Source: Terriglobia bacterium
GTDB taxonomy: Bacteria > Acidobacteriota > Terriglobia > Acidiferrales > UBA7541
Direction of reading: 5' to 3'
NCBI GenBank assembly: GCA_963819015.1
Contig: CAWFUN010000001.1
Coordinates: 486,887 to 510,886 of the forward strand
DNA: 24,000 nt
The stretch's first letter is position 1. Each line of letters begins with the position of its first letter. Both the position numbers and the translations under genes were made by a program. A model generated the notes under the pieces. It was not told where the DNA came from. It searched no databases and was given only the letters and a program-made list of their open reading frames with translations. Shown here one piece after another: positions 18,660 to 24,000 of the stretch.

Positions 18660-19282
18660 GTGGCATCTCCTTGTGTGCAAAGCCAGCGCGCATCTCAATG
18701 CGCGTGGGGAAAAGGCCAAGTTAGGGAGCAGACCGGCCGGAGCGCGGAGCCAGTCCGCAAAGAGAAGAAAGTCAGGGGATTGGCAATTAAGCCTGGCTGG
18801 GAGGGGCCCGAGAGGAAGCGCGCGGAAGTTCGGGAGCCGAATAGAGGATCGTTCCGCTTTGCGGCGCGCGCAGTGCAATCGCGCACAGACCAACCAGCAC
18901 GGGCGGCGCAACCGGCGCCGTCACCGGCATATGCGCAACCTGGCATACGGGGCAGGCGGCTTCCGTGCCCGGCTCGTGGTGGTGATAGACTCCGCCCGCC
19001 GCCAAGAGGCAGAACAGTGCCACCAGCGCCGCGCCCGTCAGCAGGCGTGTGCGAAGCTCCGAAAGCGAGTTGTCGCAGGGCGCCATGGGAAGTACGTATT
19101 CTACACTAGATGGCGGCGGACACGGCGGCGTTGCAGGCTTTTTGCGCGAGTGGTACTGCCTCTACGCCGATTGGCGCAGGGCGCGTTCGACCAATGTCAG
19201 GCAGCGCTCGGCCCGCTCGCGAACGGAGGTGTCGCGCCGCGCGTGCTCCTGGCGCAGCGATTCCAACTCGTCCGCGATCGCC
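18660..19282. repeat. copy 2 of the duplicated cassette (here continuous with intact zapA)
   Basis: See copy 1. The offset is 3466 nt for the ORF, spacer and zapA parts, and 3457 nt at the receptor start codons because of small indels in the leader. Confidence 0.85.
18787..19086 (-). CDS. small single-pass membrane protein with conserved CPVCQVAHMP motif (copy 2, His-rich variant)
   Basis: 99 aa: MAPCDNSLSELRTRLLTGAALVALFCLLAAGGVYHHHEPGTEAACPVCQVAHMPVTAPVAPP... Same organisation as 15321..15620. Confidence 0.65.
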   Translation of the reverse strand: MAPCDNSLSELRTRLLTGAALVALFCLLAAGGVYHHHEPGTEAACPVCQVAHMPVTAPVAPPVLVGLCAIALRAPQSGTILYSAPELPRASSRAPPSQA

Positions 19283-19452
19283 AGCGCCGCGAGCACGGCG
19301 ACTCGCACCGAATCCACTGTTCCCGAATCGCGCGCAATTCCCCGCATTTTTTCGTCCACCAGGCGCGCGAGTTGCGTCACGTACTCCGGATCGAGTTCTC
19401 CGCTGATCGTGTAAGGCTGGTCGTAGATTTCCACTTTCACGCGATGGCTCAC
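19162..19452 (-). CDS. zapA: cell division protein ZapA
   Basis: 96 aa with a GTG start and AGAGGAG RBS. VKVEIYDQPYTISGELDPEYVTQLARLVDEKMRGIARDSGTVDSVRVAVLAALAIADEL matches the ZapA family pattern. Position downstream of pheT is typical. Confidence 0.85.
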   Translation of the reverse strand: MSHRVKVEIYDQPYTISGELDPEYVTQLARLVDEKMRGIARDSGTVDSVRVAVLAALAIADELESLRQEHARRDTSVRERAERCLTLVERALRQSA

Positions 19453-19537
19453 GGGCGGCGCTCCTCTAAGGGCGGAGCTATTCTCCGGCTGGAATGTTTG
19501 CGAAACAACAAAAAAGCTTGGCGCTGGGGGACTCGCC

Positions 19538-21616
19538 TCAGGACGTGCGCAGCCGCCCGCCTAGCGACTCGAGCGCGCCAGCGATGCGGCTCCTCGCGCC
19601 GGTGAGTTGCGCGTCCGTCAGTGTGGCGGAGTAACTCTGAAGCGTCACGCGGACCAGGAGCGAATGCTCTCCGTCGGGCACGCCCTTGCCGCGAAATAGA
19701 TCGATGGCTTCGATGTCGGCCACTTCCGCGATGCCGAGCGATTGAATGGCTTGCGCGACCTGCGCGAACGTGACGCTGTCGGGCAGAAACAGCGAAAAGT
19801 CACGTTCGACCGCGGGGAACCGAGGCACCGGCTGATACTGCGGATTTGCGCGCCGCGCGCCGTACGCCGCATAGAGCGGATCGAGCTCGATCTCGGCGAG
19901 ATAGGCGTCCTGCCGCAGCTTGAATCGCTCGGCTACGCGCCGAGCCAGCAAACCCGCGGCGCCAAGGGAGGTTCCGTCCGCCAGAGCGAGCGACGCCGCC
20001 CGCGCTGGCTGCAGCCATGCTGGCCCGCCGTTCGACCAGCGCAACTTCCCGGCGAGAATCTTCAATTGATCGAGGTCGCCTTTCAGATCTTCAAAGCCGT
20101 ACGTGCGCGCGGATTCCGCAACGCCTTGTTCTCGCGCGAAGCCGGACGCTCCGATCGTCAACACGCGCGCCTCAACGGTTTCTTTCCCCGCCCACGCGTA
20201 ACGCCGGCCGATCTCGAACAGCCGAAGGTTGCGCTGGCTGTGGTTCAAGTTCCATTCGAGCGTCGCGGCCATGCTGACGGCGCCATTCGACCGGAGCAGC
20301 GGCGCGTCCTCCGCGATGGGATTCCCGATGCGAACCGGCGTCACGCCCTCCGCGCGAAACAGCGCGTCGCGATCTGCGTCCACATGGGTGATGCTGATAA
20401 TTTCGCGATAGCCCAGGCCCGCCAGCAATTCGCGCAGCCGCTCTTCCGCCTCGGCGTGCGTGCGCTGGGCGGCTGGCCGTTTGGCGGGTGGGAGCCGGGG
20501 AGGGAACTTTTCAAGTCCGAAGTGGCGCGCTACCTCTTCAATGAGATCGATTCCGCGCGACACGTCCGCCCGCCAGGACGGCCGGCGGCACTCCCATGCT
20601 GCCATCAGAGAGCCCGAGCTTCCTCGCGTCGCATCCGTTCGCACGGGTGCAAACCCCAGCGATTTCAGGATTGCTTCGACTTCACGGTCCGGCACGTCCG
20701 CGCCGAGCACGCGCAACAATTCATTTCGCGTCAGCTCGATGCGCGGCGTCTCAGCGCGGCCCGGATAGATGTCCACCACGCCCTGCAGCACGTCTCCGCC
20801 TGCGATCTGTTGAATCAGTTCCGCGCAGCGCCGCGAGGCGAGTTCGGCCATCTCGGGGTCGGCGCCGCGCTCGAAGCGGTGCGATGCTTCGGTCCGCAAC
20901 CCGAGGGCCTTCGACGTTTGCCGCACCGAGATCGCGTCGAACATGGCGCATTCCAGAAGCAGCGCCCGCGTGCCCGCGGATATCTCCGTCTCCGCGCCAC
21001 CCATCACCCCGCCTATCCCCACAGCTCTTTTCGCGTCAGCGTTCAGGCACATGTCCGGAGTGAGTGTGCGTTCCTGGCCGTCGAGCGTGCGCAGCTTCTC
21101 TCCCGCTCGCGCCCGGCGCACGATCATTTTCCGCTCCGCGATGGTGTCCAGGTCGAACGCGTGCAGCGGATGGCCCAACTCGAACATGACGAGGTTCGTC
21201 GCGTCCACGACATTGTTGATCGAAGCTTGCCCCATCGCTTCGAGCCGCTGCCGCACCCACGCGGGCGAAGGGCCGATCTTCACGCCGCGCAGCACCCGCG
21301 CGGTGTATCGCCCGCAAAGTTCCGGGCACTCGATCTCCACGCGCACGGCCGAAGAAGCCTTTTCGGCTGTTTCCTTCAACTTCGGCGCAACGCTCCGCAG
21401 CGCCTGCCGGAACACGGTGGAGACTTCCCGCGCCAGTCCGTAGTGGCCGAGACAATCGCCGCGATTCGCCGTCACTTCGACGTCCAGCACCGCCCCGGCC
21501 GCGTTTTGCTCGATCGCATCCACGGCCGTGCCCGAAAGCGAAAGCCGCTCGCGCAATTCCTCGGGCGCCGCCGTGAAGGGCACAAACTCTTTGAGCCACT
21601 CGTAGAGAACTTTCAT
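19538..21616 (-). CDS. pheT: phenylalanine--tRNA ligase beta subunit (short form, 692 aa)
   Basis: MKVLYEWLKEFVP.. N-terminus, B3/4 domain (INNVVDATNLVMFELGHPLHAFD), B5, and C-terminal FDX-ACB-like end. The start overlaps the pheS stop (ATGA). Confidence 0.95.
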   Translation of the reverse strand: MKVLYEWLKEFVPFTAAPEELRERLSLSGTAVDAIEQNAAGAVLDVEVTANRGDCLGHYGLAREVSTVFRQALRSVAPKLKETAEKASSAVRVEIECPELCGRYTARVLRGVKIGPSPAWVRQRLEAMGQASINNVVDATNLVMFELGHPLHAFDLDTIAERKMIVRRARAGEKLRTLDGQERTLTPDMCLNADAKRAVGIGGVMGGAETEISAGTRALLLECAMFDAISVRQTSKALGLRTEASHRFERGADPEMAELASRRCAELIQQIAGGDVLQGVVDIYPGRAETPRIELTRNELLRVLGADVPDREVEAILKSLGFAPVRTDATRGSSGSLMAAWECRRPSWRADVSRGIDLIEEVARHFGLEKFPPRLPPAKRPAAQRTHAEAEERLRELLAGLGYREIISITHVDADRDALFRAEGVTPVRIGNPIAEDAPLLRSNGAVSMAATLEWNLNHSQRNLRLFEIGRRYAWAGKETVEARVLTIGASGFAREQGVAESARTYGFEDLKGDLDQLKILAGKLRWSNGGPAWLQPARAASLALADGTSLGAAGLLARRVAERFKLRQDAYLAEIELDPLYAAYGARRANPQYQPVPRFPAVERDFSLFLPDSVTFAQVAQAIQSLGIAEVADIEAIDLFRGKGVPDGEHSLLVRVTLQSYSATLTDAQLTGARSRIAGALESLGGRLRTS

Positions 21617-22728
21617 GAGAATTGCCGCAAAAAGCGCACGTCGTTCTGAAAAAAAAGCTGCAGGTCATCGAGGCCGTAGCGCAGCATCGTCAGCCGCTCG
21701 ACACCCATCCCGAATGCGAACCCGGAGAGCCGCGCGGCGTCGTAGTTCACGAAGCCGTACACCGCGGGGTCCACCATCCCCGCGCCGAACAGTTCGATCC
21801 AGCCTGAAAACTTGCACACGCGGCAGCCCGATCCGCCGCACACGTGGCAGCTCGCGTCCACTTCCACCGACGGCTCGGTGAACGGAAAATAGCTCGGCCG
21901 GAGCCGCGTTTTCGCCTTGGGCCCGAGAAATTCGCGCACGAAATGTTCGACGGTTCCCCGGAAATCGCAGAACGTGATGTCCGTGTCCACCGCGAGGCCT
22001 TCGATTTGGTGGAACATGTAGCTGTGTGTGGAATCCGGGTTGTCGCGACGATAGACTTTTCCCGGCACGATGATTCGCACTGGAGGAGCCTGCTTTTCCA
22101 TGGTGCGGATCTGCATTGGCGAGGTGTGCGTGCGCAACAGGCGCGCTGCGGCTCCCGCGGGCGCGCCGACCGGCGGCTCGATGTAGAAGGTGTCCATCGT
22201 GTCGCGCGCGGGATGGTGCTCGGGAATATTGAGCGCCTCAAAATTGTAGTAAGGCGTCTCGATTTCCGGCCCTTCGACTACCGTGTAGCCGAGCGAAAGA
22301 AAAATCCGCTCGATCTCCTCGAACGTTTGCTGCAAAGGGTGCCGCGATCCGACCGGCCGCACCACTCCCGGCAAGGAAAGATCAATCTGTTCCCGCGCAG
22401 CCGCTGCAGCTTCGGCCGCGGCTTCGACTCGCAGCCGGACCGTTTCCAGGGATCGTTCGATGTGAGCTTTCAGTTCGTTGAGGGCTTGTCCGACCGCGCG
22501 CTTTAGCTCGGGAGGGGCCGGCTTCAGCCAGTTCTCGGTGGTGCGCGTAATCGCACCGGCTTTGCGGCCCACCCAGGCGTTGCGCACTTCTTCCCAGCGC
22601 GCCGCGTCGGGCACCGCCGCCGTCTCGTTGACGAATTGCTCTTTGAGAGCCGCGAACAAGCGTGCCACGCCCGCGGCGTCCGCGACGCCCAGTTCCGCAA
22701 GCGTTTTCGCCGTGGGGTCGTTCGGCAT
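21613..22728 (-). CDS. pheS: phenylalanine--tRNA ligase alpha subunit
   Basis: 371 aa with class II aaRS motifs (HPARDTMDTFY, LLRTHTSPMQIR, PGKVYRRD, FHQIEGL, GAGMVDP..FAFGMGVERL). Confidence 0.95.
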   Translation of the reverse strand: MPNDPTAKTLAELGVADAAGVARLFAALKEQFVNETAAVPDAARWEEVRNAWVGRKAGAITRTTENWLKPAPPELKRAVGQALNELKAHIERSLETVRLRVEAAAEAAAAAREQIDLSLPGVVRPVGSRHPLQQTFEEIERIFLSLGYTVVEGPEIETPYYNFEALNIPEHHPARDTMDTFYIEPPVGAPAGAAARLLRTHTSPMQIRTMEKQAPPVRIIVPGKVYRRDNPDSTHSYMFHQIEGLAVDTDITFCDFRGTVEHFVREFLGPKAKTRLRPSYFPFTEPSVEVDASCHVCGGSGCRVCKFSGWIELFGAGMVDPAVYGFVNYDAARLSGFAFGMGVERLTMLRYGLDDLQLFFQNDVRFLRQFS

Positions 22729-22738
22729 AGAAAGGGCG

Positions 22739-23110
22739 TTACGCCTTTGCGGGCGCGGTCAGATGCTGCTTGGCCTGCGCGGCGAGTTCCGCAAACGCCG
22801 CCGCATCCTTCACGGCGAGATCGGCCAACATTTTGCGGTCAATCGCCACGCCGGCCGCTTTCAATCCATGCATGAGTTGGCTATACGACAATCCGTTCGC
22901 CCGCGCCCCGGCGCCGACGCGCTGGATCCACAGCCTTCGGAATTGCCGCTTCTTGTTCCGGCGGTCGCGGTAGGCGAAGCGGTCGGCGCGATTCGCCGCC
23001 TCCTGCGCCGATTGGAACAGCTTCGATTTGGTAAGGAAAAACCCCTTCGTGCGCTTTAAATATTTCTTTCTGCGCGCACGGCGTTTCGTTCCGCGTTTTA
23101 CTCGAGCCAT
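22739..23110 (-). CDS. rplT: 50S ribosomal protein L20
   Basis: Start at ATG 23110 ([25 protein letters not shown]...[20 protein letters not shown]) with AGAGGGA RBS. The track's 5' extension is not protein-like. Confidence 0.95.
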   Translation of the reverse strand: MARVKRGTKRRARRKKYLKRTKGFFLTKSKLFQSAQEAANRADRFAYRDRRNKKRQFRRLWIQRVGAGARANGLSYSQLMHGLKAAGVAIDRKMLADLAVKDAAAFAELAAQAKQHLTAPAKA

Positions 23111-23358
23111 AATTCCCTCTTTTGCGAGGAGCGCGCGCACGAAGCACTTGCGCTGGCCGGCCCGCGGGCCCGGCCAACGCCCCCCGGCTTCGGTGGCGTC
23201 TCCACGGCGTGTTGAGAATGCAACCCGAACTTCCCTGGTTGCCCTTTGCCCCGGCCCGCGCACTTTTCGCGCATGGGTTGGAGCCGCTGGCCGGCAGGCC
23301 CGTCGTGGTGGGTTACGCGCTGCCTGGCACAGCAAAAAAATCGTATCAGCCGTTGCCC

Positions 23359-23565
23359 TCAGGCATACGGCAGCATCCGATGCACTTTCGGCGCGTCGGC
23401 CGGACTCACCGCCGCCATCTTCTTCAGGCGGCGCATGCGATTGGCCGGCTTGGTTCCCAAGATGTGCCGCTTGCCCGAATGCATGCGCAACACTTTGCCG
23501 GTGGAAGTGATCTTGAATCGCTTCGCCGCGCCGCGGTGCGTCTTAAGTTTTTGTTTCTTGGCCAT
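23359..23565 (-). CDS. rpmI: 50S ribosomal protein L35
   Basis: Start at ATG 23565 ([39 protein letters not shown]...), 68 aa, GAAGGGG RBS. Confidence 0.93.
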   Translation of the reverse strand: MAKKQKLKTHRGAAKRFKITSTGKVLRMHSGKRHILGTKPANRMRRLKKMAAVSPADAPKVHRMLPYA

Positions 23566-23626
23566 GTGCCTAAACCCCTTCTCGCTCGAATCGCTGCGCG
23601 GCCGGACTGCGTCGGGCCACGCCGCC

Positions 23627-24000
23627 TCAGGATTGTCCCGAGGCCACCGCAGGCGCTTGCGTTCGGCCGGGGCCTTTTTTCGGCGCAAGCAGCGCCATGA
23701 GAATGTTTGCTTCCATCCGCGGCCCGATCTCCACCAGCGCATGATCGGCGATCTCGAGCAGCAACCGGTTCATCTTGGCCCGACCCACTTCCTGGTGCGC
23801 CATCTCGCGCCCGCGGTGGAAGATCATCGCTTTCACGCGGTGCCCTTCACCCAGAAATCGGATGATTTGATTTTTCCGCACCTGGTAATCGTGCTCCGCC
23901 GTCGCCGGCCGGAACTTCACTTCCTTCAGTTGCGACCCTTTTTGGTGCCGCCGCTGTTCGTGTGCTTTCTTGTTCGTCTGGTAGAGGAAGCGTCCGTAGT
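23627..24000 (-). CDS. infC: translation initiation factor IF-3, C-terminal part (5' end beyond the window)
   Basis: The frame is open to the window edge. ..LKEVKFRPATAEHDYQVRKNQIIRFLGEGHRVKAMIFHRGREMAHQEVGRAKMNRLLLEIAD is the IF-3 C-domain. Canonical infC-rpmI-rplT order. Confidence 0.9.
   Translation of the reverse strand, partial: YGRFLYQTNKKAHEQRRHQKGSQLKEVKFRPATAEHDYQVRKNQIIRFLGEGHRVKAMIFHRGREMAHQEVGRAKMNRLLLEIADHALVEIGPRMEANILMALLAPKKGPGRTQAPAVASGQS

Noticed and set aside
19507-19537. Terminator after pheT (GGCG-N10-CGCC followed by a T6 run on the minus strand)
   Set aside because: The stem is only 4 bp. zapA follows 85 nt later with its own RBS and is probably co-transcribed, so the signal is too weak to annotate.
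19742-21649. 635-aa plus-strand ORF opposite pheT, with similar cases at 218..1000 (opposite gyrA), 8853..10124 (opposite dnaA), 11494..12318 (opposite ymdB) and 18658..19605
   Set aside because: All lie antisense to well-supported genes, are Arg/Ala/Gly-rich, and lack recognisable domains. These are high-GC frame artefacts.
23111-23742. Long versions of rplT (198 aa) and rpmI (127 aa)
   Set aside because: The universal L20 and L35 N-termini (MARVKRG.., [10 protein letters not shown]..) start at internal ATGs with RBSs. The extensions are Arg/Pro/Ala-rich junk and overlap infC.

Overview
High-G+C bacterial chromosome segment around dnaA. The gene content, especially the CarboxypepD_reg-type TonB-dependent receptors, suggests Acidobacteriota, but that is only a guess. 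Almost everything is on the minus strand. From right to left: infC (partial), rpmI, rplT, pheS, pheT, zapA, two modules of [99-aa CxxC membrane ORF + TonB-dependent receptor], a YmdB-family phosphoesterase, a secreted beta-propeller gene split by a frameshift, dnaA, dnaN, an inserted island, gyrB, an 80-aa ORF, and gyrA (partial; missing from the ORF track because it runs off the edge). The dnaN-gyrB slot, where recF sits in many bacteria, holds a lower-G+C restriction-modification island of about 3.5 kb. It contains an HNH nuclease (+), a Vsr endonuclease and a C5-cytosine methyltransferase (-), and an XRE-type HTH regulator (+), with near-consensus promoters and dense palindromes. Most interesting observations: (1) A roughly 615-bp cassette (zapA 3' end + small CPVCQVAHMP-motif ORF + receptor leader) occurs twice, in front of two receptors that are themselves only distant paralogs. 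One copy carries a zapA remnant that is better conserved than the ORF beside it. (2) The small CxxC/His membrane protein paired with a receptor looks like an uncharacterised uptake accessory. (3) There is origin-like architecture: a DnaA-trio / GC-cluster / DnaA-box arrangement next to dnaN, and a perfect 30-bp palindrome made of two DnaA-box-like motifs upstream of dnaA. However, about 14 kb of genes, including a ribosomal-protein operon, would then face the fork head-on. (4) The R-M/Vsr island lies inside the most conserved gene cluster of the chromosome. No tRNA, rRNA, CRISPR array or transposase was seen. The long plus-strand ORFs opposite gyrB, dnaA, pheT and others are high-GC shadow ORFs.
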